Of a DNA stretch of 64,000 bases, positions 11,318-21,857 are shown in pieces. Made by a program: the position numbers and the translations under genes. The notes under the pieces were generated by a model, which was given only the letters and a program-made list of their open reading frames with translations, was not told where the DNA came from and made no database searches. Position 1 is the first letter of the stretch. Every line of letters begins with the position of its first letter. The DNA is taken from positions 186,001-250,000 of the forward strand of contig JANNQV010000027.1 in NCBI GenBank assembly GCA_031400935.1, in the 5' to 3' direction. The DNA is from Armatimonadota bacterium. Lineage in GTDB: Bacteria > Armatimonadota > Fimbriimonadia > Fimbriimonadales > Fimbriimonadaceae.

Positions 11318-11490
11318 GGGGAAGGGTACTGGGTATGGGGTCGAGGGTTTGTCCAGATGGTTGTTGGTTGTTGGTTATCGGTTGTTAGCGGTAAGCGGTT
11401 GATCGTCGGTCCTAAGCAAAACATCCTGTACCCCAAACCCCAAACCCCAAACCCCAAACCCCAAACCCCAAACCCCAAACCCTATACCCC
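11318..11490. repeat. Heptamer tandem-repeat element (GGGTATG/GGTTGTT arm, (CCCCAAA)n arm)
   Basis: About 7 perfect CCCCAAA units at 11431-11481, opposite G/T-rich heptamers. Confidence 0.85.
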
Positions 11491-11817
11491 GACCAGAGAG
11501 ACATTTACCAAAATCCCTTCCGAATCTCGCACAAAGGTTTCGCCAACTCGCTCACTAATTATCGGGTCAATATGGAAGCCGTTTTCAGCCAGAAACTCGC
11601 AATATTCGTCCTCCTGCCCTTTTGGAATGGATACTGAGAAAGCAATTTCATTGTTCCCTTCTTCAACAAAATATAGCGAAAGCGGCCCCGCTGTAACTTC
11701 AAAGTATTGATCAGTGCTCTTGGAAACAGTTCCGCCAAAGCACTTCGCAAACCGTTTTGCGGCACCCTCTTTGTCGGTGACTCCAATTGCGATGTCGCCT
11801 GTCATTTTGATTTCCAT
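11482..11817 (-). CDS. VOC/glyoxalase-like protein
   Basis: DIAIGVTD...FGG, FVRDSEGILVNV fold pattern; TATGAT 6 nt before ATG 11817. Confidence 0.65.
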   Translation of the reverse strand: MEIKMTGDIAIGVTDKEGAAKRFAKCFGGTVSKSTDQYFEVTAGPLSLYFVEEGNNEIAFSVSIPKGQEDEYCEFLAENGFHIDPIISERVGETFVRDSEGILVNVSLVGV

Positions 11818-11996
11818 ATCAAGATCATACCGATGCAATGGCACTTAGATCGCAATTTTGGTTGGAAAAAGACGATTCCAAACAAGCGAATTGAGTGTTG
11901 ATCCCGAAAGAGAAAATTGAGAAATGTCTCCGGAGGAGTCAGAGCCTAATAGCCCGTAGTCGAACTTTAGAGACTGCGGGTCAAATGACCGCCCAA

Positions 11997-12026
11997 TCCC
12001 AGCACCCTGAAGGGGTGCCAGAAGCC
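11997..12026. repeat. GCACCC-TGAA-GGGTGC palindromic repeat (related copy at ~33244-33312)
   Basis: Reverse complement CTGGCACCCCTTCAGGGTGC matches CTGGCACCACCTTCGGGGTGC at 33244. Confidence 0.55.
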
Positions 12027-12082
12027 AAAAACAGCACATTTCAACTCTCCACAATATGAATTCAACCAAGTAAACTCCCGCT

Positions 12083-13288
12083 ATGAAAGTTCTCGTCGCC
12101 GATAAGTTTGAAGCCAGCGGGTTAGACGGCCTAAAGATGCTTGGAGTCGAAGTTGACTACCAGCCTGACCTCAAGGACGAAGCTCTTCAATCCGCCATTC
12201 AGAATTCTGGCGCAGAAGTGTTAGTGGTTCGAAGCACGAAAGTAACCGCTCCAATGATGCAGGCGGAGCATCTTGCGCTTATTATTCGAGCCGGAGCCGG
12301 ATACAACACGATTGATGTTGCCGCAGCGAGCGAACACGGAATTCAGGTCTCTAACTGCCCGGGAAAGAACTCTCAAGCCGTAGCTGAACTTGCATTTGGA
12401 CTCATGATAGCCGCCGATCGGCATATAGCGAACTGCGCTATAGACCTTCAAAACGGCAAGTGGAATAAGAAATCGTATAGCAAAGCTCGCGGACTTTATG
12501 GCAGGACTCTCGGCCTTGTCGGAATGGGGAAAATCGGGCAGGAAATGATCGTTCGAGCGAAGGCCTTTGGCATGAACGCCGTCGCGTTTTCGCGATGGAT
12601 GACTCCCGATGTGGCGGCTGCGTTGGGAATCGGGCGAGCTTCCAGCCTAGAAGAACTTGCCAAAATGAGCGATTTTGTTTCGGTTCATGTGAGCCTTAGT
12701 CCCGAAACTCGCGGAATGTTAACCGCTACATTTTTTGAGAGCATGCGCGAAGGCGCAGTATTTGTCAATACAAGCCGAGCCGAAGTTATCGAGGAATCAT
12801 CGTTGCTATCCGTACTAAAGGCAGGAAAGATTTCGGCTGGGCTCGATGTCTTTTCTGGGGAGCCTGAGGGCGGCGAAGGAGAATGCCGTACGGAACTCGC
12901 ACAACTTCCAAATGTGGTCATTACGCACCATATTGGGGCGTCCACTGATCAAGCTCAAGAAGCTGTAGCCGCTGAAACCGTTCGCATTGTTAGCGAATAC
13001 AAGCAGTCCGGCCATGTTCCCAACGTTGTGAACGTAAAGAGAGCCGAAGTCGCCACGCATGTACTCATCGTTCGACATGTGGATAAACCAGGAGTGCTTG
13101 CGGATGTGCTTGGAGTATTGAAAGGTGAGGGCATTTCGGTTCAAGAAATGGAGAATATTATTCTGGCTGGGGCGAAGGCTGCAATTGCTCAAATTTCTAT
13201 TGACAAAGAACCAAGTCCAGATGGCGTTTTTCGAATCAAAGGGAACGACAATGTTTTCGATGCGAGTGTTTTTGGGATAGAGAAGTAG
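12083..13288 (+). CDS. serA: D-3-phosphoglycerate dehydrogenase-like enzyme with C-terminal ACT domain
   Basis: RAGAGYNTID, GLVGMGKIG, HIGAST, HVDKPGVLA. Confidence 0.8.
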   Translation: MKVLVADKFEASGLDGLKMLGVEVDYQPDLKDEALQSAIQNSGAEVLVVRSTKVTAPMMQAEHLALIIRAGAGYNTIDVAAASEHGIQVSNCPGKNSQAVAELAFGLMIAADRHIANCAIDLQNGKWNKKSYSKARGLYGRTLGLVGMGKIGQEMIVRAKAFGMNAVAFSRWMTPDVAAALGIGRASSLEELAKMSDFVSVHVSLSPETRGMLTATFFESMREGAVFVNTSRAEVIEESSLLSVLKAGKISAGLDVFSGEPEGGEGECRTELAQLPNVVITHHIGASTDQAQEAVAAETVRIVSEYKQSGHVPNVVNVKRAEVATHVLIVRHVDKPGVLADVLGVLKGEGISVQEMENIILAGAKAAIAQISIDKEPSPDGVFRIKGNDNVFDASVFGIEK

Positions 13289-13292
13289 TCCG

Positions 13293-13347
13293 GAGCCCCT
13301 CCCTTTTTCGAGGAACGAGAAAGAGGGAGGGGCTGGGGAGGGAGTCA
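13293..13347. repeat. CCCCTCCC...GGGAGGGG palindromic element
   Basis: Hairpin; related copies at 19333-19390, 30281-30337 (in CDS) and 52934-53011. Confidence 0.75.
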
Positions 13348-14088
13348 ATGAGCCTACAAAGATCATCCGCAGCCGCTCCAACCATTCAATGCCTGTTTGC
13401 AATAGTTGCAAGCAGTATAACCTTCGGATGTGGCCAGAGTCAATCGGCGAGTGTCAAAAACCCAATGGCAGAATCTGCACTCGGAGCCCAGGTCTGGGAC
13501 CAACACGAAATTGTTTTAACTGGGGGCAAAAAATTCCTACGGGTTTCGATCAAGAACAACTATAAAGATACATGTGAACTCAAGCTGAGCCAGGTCACGT
13601 ACCGATGGTACGAGCCCATCGAGGATTTGCCGATTATTGAAAAAGTGGCCCCAGGCGCAAGTTTTGTGCACGACTTTTCGTTTCGTCCCGAAGCATGGGT
13701 CGCCAAGCCGACACGGATGCCGAACGATGTCGAGTTATCGTTCGTTTGCAAGTCAGCAAGCGGAGATATGCGTTCGAGCAACGTAAACAATCCGTCACCT
13801 GGTCTCACATATGTAGATCATGGACCTGAAAGCAATTTTCTTTACCTTTCCGATCTTAAGGAATTTCCTATGCCTCGAAACTTGGAAGTGCGAATCATTT
13901 CTGTAAAGGTGAAAGGAAAGGAAAGACTTCAAAATCCTTACAACATAACCATAAAGCCTGGCGGGCAAGTCCGAGTCCCGAACGTGACTCCAAAGGAGGA
14001 ACCTGTCATAAAATTTGCAACTCGGTTGGTGCCGAATAAGCGCTGGTCAATTCAATCCACTCAAATTGAGTACTTCGGAACTCAGTAA
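13348..14088 (+). CDS. Hypothetical lipoprotein
   Basis: Hydrophobic leader ending TFGC; beta-rich body. Confidence 0.55.
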   Translation: MSLQRSSAAAPTIQCLFAIVASSITFGCGQSQSASVKNPMAESALGAQVWDQHEIVLTGGKKFLRVSIKNNYKDTCELKLSQVTYRWYEPIEDLPIIEKVAPGASFVHDFSFRPEAWVAKPTRMPNDVELSFVCKSASGDMRSSNVNNPSPGLTYVDHGPESNFLYLSDLKEFPMPRNLEVRIISVKVKGKERLQNPYNITIKPGGQVRVPNVTPKEEPVIKFATRLVPNKRWSIQSTQIEYFGTQ

Positions 14089-14099
14089 ACTCCCTGCTC

Positions 14100-16067
14100 G
14101 TGCTACTCAACGTCGCAAACCTCACCAAAGCCTACGGACCTGATGAAATTCTCATGGGTGTCACATTTCGCATGGAACGTCGCGAAAAGGTCGCAATCGT
14201 TGGTCGGAATGGAACTGGAAAGACAACCCTTCTCAAAATTCTGAACAGCGAACTCGAAGCAGATACGGGCGCAGTACAACTTTCGCGGGGAGCCACAATT
14301 GGCTACCTGAAGCAGCACGATCCAATTGATTTGTCCGGCACCGTTCGAGAGGAAGCGGAGAAAGCCCTCCAGCACGCGATTCATGTGAAGCGGCGTTTGG
14401 AGGAGTTAGAAGTTAGACTTCTAAATAATCCATCGAACGAGGAATTGGAAGAATACACCACGGTTCATGAACATTACTTAGAACTCGAAGGATATGCCGC
14501 TGAACGAGATTTGCAGACAGTCTTGAATAAGATGGGCTTCAAAGACGAAGATTTCGACAAGCCCGCTTCTGCGCTCAGCGGAGGCGAACGAACAAGGCTT
14601 GCTTTGGCAAGGCAGATCCTTGAAGAACCCGACTTATTGATCCTCGACGAGCCGACCAACCACCTCGACTTGCAAGCCGCTGAATGGCTCGAAGGCTGGC
14701 TGAAGAACTATCCGGGTGCCGTGCTGATCGTCAGTCACGACCGAGCCTTTTTGGAAAATATCGGAGACCGATTTCTTGAGCTAAAGGACGGAAAGGTCAA
14801 GAGTTATCCAGGGCCGTTTGCGAAATTCCGAAAACTTCGAGCGGAAGAAGATATTCGCCTTGCCGAGGTTGCTAAACGCCAAGATCAACAGCTTGCAAAG
14901 CTCGACGAATTTGTACGTAGGTTCATGAACAGCCAACGAACCGCCCAGGCACGCGGCCGGCAAAAGCACATGAACAAACTTGCCGCCCAAAAGGTAATTG
15001 CGCCGACTGCCGAAAAGGGTGTAAAGGGAAATCTATCGCCAACCAAGCGAAGCGGTGATAAGGTGATAGAGGCCAAGAAAATCTCCGTCTCGTTTGGTGC
15101 ACGAAAGCTAATCGAGAATCTGGATTGGACGGTTTCCATCGGTCAACGTTGGGGGGTTATTGGCGACAATGGAACTGGAAAATCTACGCTGATCCGGGTT
15201 TTACTGGGGCTAAGAGAGGCGAATTCTGGCACGGCAGAGTTTGGTGCGAATATTGAGGTTGGCTATTTTTCGCAAGATGCTGAAGACCTCGATCTCGAAA
15301 AATCTCCTATCGAGTTCCTTGTCTATGAATGCGACATGACTCCGCAAACTGCCCGCGACCTTTTGGGCAATTTCTTGATAACTGGCGACGACGTTTTCCG
15401 CCCGACAAAAACGCTCAGCGGAGGCGAAAAGAACAAACTTTCTCTTGCAAGATTGGTTCAAATGAAGCCCAATCTGCTGGTACTCGATGAACCGACGAAT
15501 CACCTCGACATGGACTCGCGCGAAGCGCTTGCAAGCATGTTGAAGAGCTACAAAGGCACACTTGTTTTGGTATCGCACGATCGTTGGCTATTGGGCGAAG
15601 TGACAAACCACACGTTGCACTTGCGAAAAGATGGCCTTCCGATTTCTTATGCTGGAAACTATGCGAGATATCGTGGGGATGGTGTTAAGGTGTTGAGGTC
15701 AAAAGGCGGGAAGGGTTCTGAGGTTTTAAGGCTTGAAAGTGCTGATCAACAGACAAACATTATCGCAGAAAAAGAACCTCAAAACCTCAAGACCGTAGAA
15801 TCGCAAGACCGTTCCAAGCTCTCTCCCCGCGAGGTAAGCAAAGAGATCAGCCGACTGGAGAAATCAATTCTAGATTCTGAAACATCAATCTCTGAAACGG
15901 AATCGGAAATCACGGTGCTCGAACGCGAACTCTCCAAAGTTGCGCCACACGCGGATGTTTGGGAAATGTCTCAACGTCATTCTGCCGAGAAGGAGCGGTT
16001 AGAAGGACAAATGTCGGCTTGGGAAGAGCAAACCACGAGGTTGGAAGAGTTGCGGAAGATGCAGTAG
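14100..16067 (+). CDS. ABC-F family ATP-binding protein
   Basis: Two ABC domains (GRNGTGKT/LSGGE/LDEPTNHLD twice), no TM segments, C-terminal coiled coil. Confidence 0.95.
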   Translation: MLLNVANLTKAYGPDEILMGVTFRMERREKVAIVGRNGTGKTTLLKILNSELEADTGAVQLSRGATIGYLKQHDPIDLSGTVREEAEKALQHAIHVKRRLEELEVRLLNNPSNEELEEYTTVHEHYLELEGYAAERDLQTVLNKMGFKDEDFDKPASALSGGERTRLALARQILEEPDLLILDEPTNHLDLQAAEWLEGWLKNYPGAVLIVSHDRAFLENIGDRFLELKDGKVKSYPGPFAKFRKLRAEEDIRLAEVAKRQDQQLAKLDEFVRRFMNSQRTAQARGRQKHMNKLAAQKVIAPTAEKGVKGNLSPTKRSGDKVIEAKKISVSFGARKLIENLDWTVSIGQRWGVIGDNGTGKSTLIRVLLGLREANSGTAEFGANIEVGYFSQDAEDLDLEKSPIEFLVYECDMTPQTARDLLGNFLITGDDVFRPTKTLSGGEKNKLSLARLVQMKPNLLVLDEPTNHLDMDSREALASMLKSYKGTLVLVSHDRWLLGEVTNHTLHLRKDGLPISYAGNYARYRGDGVKVLRSKGGKGSEVLRLESADQQTNIIAEKEPQNLKTVESQDRSKLSPREVSKEISRLEKSILDSETSISETESEITVLERELSKVAPHADVWEMSQRHSAEKERLEGQMSAWEEQTTRLEELRKMQ

Positions 16068-16296
16068 GGGCTCGTTGGTTGTTGGTTGTCAGTTGTTGGT
16101 TGTCAATTAACGGTTATCGGATGTTAGTTGTTGGTTTTCGTTTGATTTCTCACTCTCCCCTAACACGAGGAAAGCCTGCCCCGCCGAAGGGCTATCGAAG
16201 GTCGGGGAGCTTGTTGGGTGAGAGGGAATTCATCCGACAACTGATAACTGACAACTGACAACCGACAGCCAACAACCAATAACTAACAACCAGTCC
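16067..16296. repeat. Heptamer inverted-arm repeat (GGTTGTT / CAACTGA) enclosing a hairpin
   Basis: Lies between convergent genes; inner CTCTC...GAGAG palindrome. Confidence 0.75.
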
Positions 16297-16297
16297 G

Positions 16298-16630
16298 TCA
16301 GGACTCCTTCGCAACCTCAACTTTGATCCCAATTTGAGCAATCACAGAAGCCGCAGCATGGCACTCACCTTCTACCGCAAAGTGCACGTCCGATTTGCCG
16401 TAATGGTCAATTTCCCACGCTTCGATATAGGCTTCTTCGGGCAAACAGTTTGTCGCGACCATAAGAATTGCGATGACTTCTTGATAGGTGTTCACGCTGT
16501 TGTCGAAAACAGTAACTTTCCAACCAGGGTCGCTTGTTGTGCCGTCGTCAGGTGCGACTTCTGGCCGTTCAATCACGCCCGGCAAGCTAAAATGCTGTCC
16601 TAAACAAACGATTGAGTCGAGCACGCTCAT
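16298..16630 (-). CDS. clpS: ClpS-like adaptor protein (copy 2)
   Basis: WKVTVFDNSVNTYQEVIAILM...DHYGKS; ATG overlaps the upstream TGA. Confidence 0.75.
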   Translation of the reverse strand: MSVLDSIVCLGQHFSLPGVIERPEVAPDDGTTSDPGWKVTVFDNSVNTYQEVIAILMVATNCLPEEAYIEAWEIDHYGKSDVHFAVEGECHAAASVIAQIGIKVEVAKES

Positions 16631-16914
16631 TCTTCCCATTCTTTCTTGACAAGTGTTCTGATGCCGATGGTGCCTATCATCGCGGCTACGATTTCCGCTT
16701 CATTTCGTGCGGAAAAGTGTACGGGGGCTTTGCCAAAATGATGCGCTTCCCAGGTTTCGGTGTAGGCTTCCTCCGCGCTGCATCCCGTAGCTTTCATGAG
16801 AATTGAAATGACTTCTTCAAAGGTGTTCGATTCGTTGTCAAAAATCAATACCATCCACCTGCCTGTGGCGGTAGACGAGTCAATGATTTCAGGTTCGCAG
16901 AACGTTCGGCTCAT
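16627..16914 (-). CDS. clpS: ClpS-like adaptor protein (copy 1)
   Basis: WMVLIFDNESNTFEEVISILM...HHFGKA. Confidence 0.75.
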   Translation of the reverse strand: MSRTFCEPEIIDSSTATGRWMVLIFDNESNTFEEVISILMKATGCSAEEAYTETWEAHHFGKAPVHFSARNEAEIVAAMIGTIGIRTLVKKEWEE

Positions 16915-16937
16915 AGGTAACTCCGATTAGAGTTCTC

Positions 16938-19199
16938 TTATTGTACACCGACTTTTTCATCCGAACCTGGTCGAATTGCCAAAAATTTTGTCAACAGTAT
17001 AATCCCAGATAACAATAGCGAGCCGATCAGAAACATTGAAAACCCTTGTTTGTACCCCGGCGGAACGTATAGTAGCTCGACTGTATGTTCGCCGTTCGCC
17101 CCCAATTCGATCTCCCGCCATCTCGTTCCTTGGATCGGTACAGCCCTTCCGTCAACCTTGGCAGTCCATCCCGGCATGTTCCGATCTTTGATGGTCAGAG
17201 TTCCACCTTCAGTTGTTTTCAATATCTGGCTGCTGTATCCATCGAATTCAATTGTTGCCGAATTCGATTTTGTGTAGGCTCGGCCGCGTGAAGGTATTGT
17301 TGCCTCTTCGAACGATGTTGATCCTTGAATCCGGCTCAAAACACGAGTAACCCCTGCTTCGCCGAGCTTAACCGGATCGTAACCAGGCTTCAAGAACAGC
17401 ATGTTCCCGTTGGCTTCTGGAGCAGAATCTCGCCCGTTGATTTCATTGAATAGCAAAAACGTGTCGCGGTGAAGGAGCGAGTCATATCCACCGAAATCAG
17501 TCAGCCCTGAAATCGAGGCCGTGTTTGGAGGAAAGATAGCTGGCGCGGCGGCAACAAGTCCCCAGGGCTCATTGACTACTGCAAATCGTTCGTGGGGCAA
17601 GGCAGGCGTTTTGGCTTGGAGGTCGGGGTTGCCTATCATGATCAGAGAATGGGTTCCTGTGTAGAGGAAAAATGCGACTGTTGCAGCAGGAAGCATTGGC
17701 AAGTATTTGGGTCGCTTCCTGAAGAAAAAGCACATGTAGATCGTTGCGACAAGGGAAACGAGGATCACTTTCATCTGAGTCGAATTGATCGAAGAGATTG
17801 CAATGTCAAGGCTTGGGGTAGAAGCTAAGTTGGTTGGTAACGAAAACCCGCCAACAAAGAGCGCTATCGCGGAAGTTGCGACCATCAAAATGGTTGCGGC
17901 ACCGAATTGCCGTTCATCGGATTCTTGAAGCCTCGATATCCCTACCCCAGCTAAGACACAAGCAAAAATGAGAAAGACGACTTCGATCCTTCCTGGCGAA
18001 CCCGTCGCCGACCAGCCTGGAGCGTAAAAATAGAGGAGCCGATTCAGCGGAGAGCCACAAGCCATCGAAAAGGTAAAAAAGGCGGGAATAACAACAGCCC
18101 ACTTCATCCTTGATTTCCAAGAAAACAAAGCTAAAATTGCGCCAAACAGTATGATTGGCCCAACCGTCATAGCCGATTCAGAATAGTTGGCGCCAAGTCT
18201 CACAGCGGCAGGCAAGTACTCGCTCACGCTTTCCAGCGGAGTTCTTGGATTCCCTTGGGCAAGCGGGTTGATGAGTCGCCCTAAAGATTCGTCAGCGTGT
18301 AAAGCCAGCCCCAAATATGCCTGATAGCCCTCTTCGGTCGGAGAGTTTTTGCGATGCGAAAATTCGCTGTATTCCAGAACCGGTTTGATTTGGGGCATCG
18401 CAAGCAGTCCACCGCAAACCACTGACCCGCAGACAAATCCTGCAAGAGCGAGAGTTTTAGGGGCGCGTTCGATGATGCGAATCACAAGCAATCCAAGGGC
18501 TAATAGCCCTGCGCCAAACAAGCCGTACGCTGAAAATTGCAAGTGCCCTGCCACAAGCATCATGAATATCGAAAGGGCAATCTGAACGACGCCTACCATT
18601 ACGCTTTTGCTGTTCAACGGGGCATCAGAAACGCCAAGAATGGAAACGATTCCGACCAATATCCAAGGTATCCACGCACAAGTCGAAATCACACTTGCCA
18701 AAGCTGCCCAACTCAGCATAAACGGGCTTAACGAGAACGCCAAGCCGCTCGTCAATGCGCCAATTTCGTTCCCGCCAAACTTCCGAACCAAAGCAGCGAC
18801 ACCCAGCCCCCCAATGGCCAAATGGAACCACGCAAGTAGGTCAATTGCAGTCTCAACCGGAACGTGCAGGACTCCCATGATCATATGCGGAAGATAAAGA
18901 GCCCCTGACTGCGAGTTAGCTAATAGTGGCGCACCGCATAGCTGATAGGGATTCCATAACGGCATCTGCCCGCTTCCCCAAGCCTCGAAAACCATTTTTC
19001 GCCAGGGATAGAACTGCAATACTGAATCGGCCTGAAGCACGTCCCAAGGCTGAGTTGGTGCTGGTCCGTTCCATGGCGACATTTGACGAATCTGGTCAAA
19101 TGCACCAATGCAATTTGAAGAAAAGACGGCAGGACCGACAAAAACGAGAGGCGCAAGAATCAAGACTAGCGTGCACCAATGCCGCTTTAAGAAGGCCAT
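16938..19199 (-). CDS. YfhO-like polytopic membrane glycosyltransferase (GT-C)
   Basis: PLWNPYQLCGAPLLAN, AGHLQ, C-terminal PGWTAKVDG...YVPPG. Confidence 0.8.
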   Translation of the reverse strand: MAFLKRHWCTLVLILAPLVFVGPAVFSSNCIGAFDQIRQMSPWNGPAPTQPWDVLQADSVLQFYPWRKMVFEAWGSGQMPLWNPYQLCGAPLLANSQSGALYLPHMIMGVLHVPVETAIDLLAWFHLAIGGLGVAALVRKFGGNEIGALTSGLAFSLSPFMLSWAALASVISTCAWIPWILVGIVSILGVSDAPLNSKSVMVGVVQIALSIFMMLVAGHLQFSAYGLFGAGLLALGLLVIRIIERAPKTLALAGFVCGSVVCGGLLAMPQIKPVLEYSEFSHRKNSPTEEGYQAYLGLALHADESLGRLINPLAQGNPRTPLESVSEYLPAAVRLGANYSESAMTVGPIILFGAILALFSWKSRMKWAVVIPAFFTFSMACGSPLNRLLYFYAPGWSATGSPGRIEVVFLIFACVLAGVGISRLQESDERQFGAATILMVATSAIALFVGGFSLPTNLASTPSLDIAISSINSTQMKVILVSLVATIYMCFFFRKRPKYLPMLPAATVAFFLYTGTHSLIMIGNPDLQAKTPALPHERFAVVNEPWGLVAAAPAIFPPNTASISGLTDFGGYDSLLHRDTFLLFNEINGRDSAPEANGNMLFLKPGYDPVKLGEAGVTRVLSRIQGSTSFEEATIPSRGRAYTKSNSATIEFDGYSSQILKTTEGGTLTIKDRNMPGWTAKVDGRAVPIQGTRWREIELGANGEHTVELLYVPPGYKQGFSMFLIGSLLLSGIILLTKFLAIRPGSDEKVGVQ

Positions 19200-19227
19200 G
19201 GGTCATTTTGACTTAGTGCAGAGTGAT

Positions 19228-19422
19228 TTTGGGGTCAGGGTTTGGGGTGCAGGGTGCAGGGATTTGGGTGTATTTGCGGAGAGTGCAGAAAACCGACGAC
19301 CAATAACCAATAACTGAACGGTAACCCGGAGAACCCTCACCCCCTGCCCCCTCTCCCTCCCTGCACAAACATCCGGCAAGGAGAGGGGAATCTGCTCACC
19401 GACGACCAACAACCAACAACCC
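19228..19422. repeat. Composite heptamer and CCCTCTCCC palindromic repeat
   Basis: GGGTGCA/GGGTTTG units, CCAACAA units and a CCCTCTCCC...GGAGAGGG hairpin. Confidence 0.7.
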
Positions 19423-19428
19423 TTTAGT

Positions 19429-19788
19429 CTACGGACAATAAATAACTTGCCGTTTTGCGTTTTCGTGATCAGGATTCATAGCCAATATCTGATGAAAATG
19501 GCTACAGGCTTCATCCATCATGCCCAGCATCATCTCGGTCATCGCAAGGTCGTAAATTGCCTCTTCGTGACTTGGATAATCTTGCACAACACCTTGCAAT
19601 GCCGCAAGTGATCCATCAAAGTCACCTTCAAACCCAAGAATAATCCCTAGTTGCCATCGAGAGTTGGCATGGGTCGGCTCAGCCTCAAGCACACGCTTGA
19701 ATTCAGCGCGAGCGTCTGAGTATCGCCCACCGCACCGATACTCAAACCCTTTCTGATATACCGATTCAATTTCCATGGTCAGTGCCAT
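19429..19788 (-). CDS. TPR-repeat protein
   Basis: Three TPR-like helical pairs (..P.H..A pattern). Confidence 0.8.
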   Translation of the reverse strand: MALTMEIESVYQKGFEYRCGGRYSDARAEFKRVLEAEPTHANSRWQLGIILGFEGDFDGSLAALQGVVQDYPSHEEAIYDLAMTEMMLGMMDEACSHFHQILAMNPDHENAKRQVIYCP

Positions 19789-19859
19789 TTTCTAGTTCCT
19801 GGCAGTATAACACAAGCCTTTTCATAGATTCTACGCTGAAACCCGGTATTCCTTCTAGC

Positions 19860-21839
19860 TTATGCAGGATCAACCTTCAGTTTCGGGGTTTTCACGCTCT
19901 TTTCCGACGATTTTGATTCTTCATTTGGTAACGGGGGAGCAATCTCTTCGATTGGCGCCTCGTATGGCGGTAACGTTTCGCCTGCCATTATGATAAGGAA
20001 TTCATCACGATCAAGCGTCTCTCTTTCGAGCAGAGCCTGAACGACCGCGTCTAGTTTATCGCGATTCGATTCGAGCACCGATTTCGCCCTATCAAAGCAG
20101 TTCTCAACAATGTGCCGCACTTCGTTGTCAATCTGTTTCGCTACTTCTTCAGAGTAATTTCTCTCATCCATGTAGTCGCGGCCAAGGAATGGATTGTGCG
20201 CCCTTCTGCCGATCGCCATCGTGCCTAGCTTTTCGCTCATTCCGTAGTCCATGACCATCGCACGGGCAATGCTTGTCACCCTTTGAAGATCGTTGCTTGC
20301 GCCTGTTGTAATTTCAGAAAAAACCATTTCTTCCGCAACTCGTCCGCCAAGCAAAGACGTGATGTCATCAAGTAATTCTTGCTCGGTAACCAAGAACTTA
20401 TCTTGCTCAGGCATGTGCCATGTTGAGCCCAACGACATTCCGCGCGGAAGGATAGTCACCTTATGAATTGGATCGCTGAATTCGAGAGTTTCTCCAATGA
20501 CTGCATGACCTGCTTCATGGTATGCAATGACCTCCTTTTCCTTTGCATTAAAAATTCGGCTTTTGCGTTGCGGGCCCATGATTACGCGGTCAAGCGCCTC
20601 TTCCAAATCGGGTTGAGAGATTTTGCTGTGATTGCGTCGTGCCGCCAGCAATGCGCCTTCATTAAGCATATTGGCAAGATCGGCACCTGTGAATCCTACA
20701 GTTCGCCTGGAGAGCTTGCTCAAATCAACGTCGCCGGCAAACGGCTTGCCCTTTGCGTGAACCTTTAGGATCGCTTCTCGGCCTTTTGCATCCGGCGCGT
20801 CAACTACAACCTGTCGGTCAAATCTACCGGGCCTAAGAATCGCGGGATCAAGAACGTCTGGCCTATTCGTTGCGGCGATCAGAATAACACCTGAATTTGG
20901 ATCAAACCCGTCCATTTCGACAAGCAATTGGTTCAACGTCTGCTCTCTCTCGTCGTGCCCGCCGCCAAGACCGGCTCCACGTTGTCGGCCCACCGCATCA
21001 ATTTCGTCAACAAAAATCAAACTTGGACGATGCGCCTTTGCTGTCTCAAACAGGTCTCGAACACGTGCGGCACCTACGCCGACGAACATTTCAACAAAAT
21101 CTGAACCAGAGATATGGAAGAAAGGAACTCCGGCTTCACCAGCAATGGCTCTCGCCAAATGGGTTTTTCCGACTCCAGGAGGGCCAGTAAGAAGGACTCC
21201 CTTTGGGATCTTTGCTCCTAAAGCTGTGTACTTCTTTGTGTTCTTCAGAAAATCAACAATTTCAAAAAGCTCGGCTTTCGCCTCATCAATTCCGGCGACG
21301 TCGTCAAAAGTGACTTTGGTGGTGTTTTCGCCAGCTCTCTTAGCTTTGGAGCGGCCAAAGGACATTGCCTGATTGCCGCCCATTTGTGCTTGGCGCATCA
21401 TGAAAACCCAAAACACTATGATCAGCACAATGGGAATCGCAAGCATTCCGAGAACGCCCACGGCAACTGCCCAAGGTGGCGGCGACTGGTAATCGTATTT
21501 AATTTTGTTTGCGTCAAGCACTGCCGTGAACGCGTTCATCGCAGGGCTATTCGGTTCCGGGCCATGAGCCGAGAAATCTTTTTTGCCTTTGGGAGCGTCT
21601 TTCTCGCTGAGTTCGCCAGTAACACTAGTTCCCTGAATATTCACTTTGATGATCTTTGGGTTTCCAGCATCATCCTTCTGTGTAGCCATTGCTATAACTT
21701 CACTAATAGTTAGCTGCTTTACCGGGTCTGGTCCAAGGATAGAAAATGCATTTCCTTGCCCGCCAAGCGCATTCAAAAATAGGATCGCGCCAAAGGCGAG
21801 AACCACCATGATAATTAAGGTCTTCGAAGCTTTATTCAA
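19860..21839 (-). CDS. ftsH: ATP-dependent zinc metalloprotease FtsH
   Basis: Two TM helices, [26 protein letters not shown]. Confidence 0.98.
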   Translation of the reverse strand: MNKASKTLIIMVVLAFGAILFLNALGGQGNAFSILGPDPVKQLTISEVIAMATQKDDAGNPKIIKVNIQGTSVTGELSEKDAPKGKKDFSAHGPEPNSPAMNAFTAVLDANKIKYDYQSPPPWAVAVGVLGMLAIPIVLIIVFWVFMMRQAQMGGNQAMSFGRSKAKRAGENTTKVTFDDVAGIDEAKAELFEIVDFLKNTKKYTALGAKIPKGVLLTGPPGVGKTHLARAIAGEAGVPFFHISGSDFVEMFVGVGAARVRDLFETAKAHRPSLIFVDEIDAVGRQRGAGLGGGHDEREQTLNQLLVEMDGFDPNSGVILIAATNRPDVLDPAILRPGRFDRQVVVDAPDAKGREAILKVHAKGKPFAGDVDLSKLSRRTVGFTGADLANMLNEGALLAARRNHSKISQPDLEEALDRVIMGPQRKSRIFNAKEKEVIAYHEAGHAVIGETLEFSDPIHKVTILPRGMSLGSTWHMPEQDKFLVTEQELLDDITSLLGGRVAEEMVFSEITTGASNDLQRVTSIARAMVMDYGMSEKLGTMAIGRRAHNPFLGRDYMDERNYSEEVAKQIDNEVRHIVENCFDRAKSVLESNRDKLDAVVQALLERETLDRDEFLIIMAGETLPPYEAPIEEIAPPLPNEESKSSEKSVKTPKLKVDPA

Positions 21840-21857
21840 AAGTTACACCAATTAAAA

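Noticed and set aside
11431..11481. (CCCCAAA)n as telomeric or eukaryotic contamination
   Set aside because: It is one arm of a heptamer element type found throughout the window, embedded between normal bacterial genes.
11845..12069. 74-aa ORF, and similar ORFs at 11251-11478, 19203-19412, 23164-23421
   Set aside because: These translate repeat or tRNA sequence (e.g. GFGVWGL runs) with no protein-like features.
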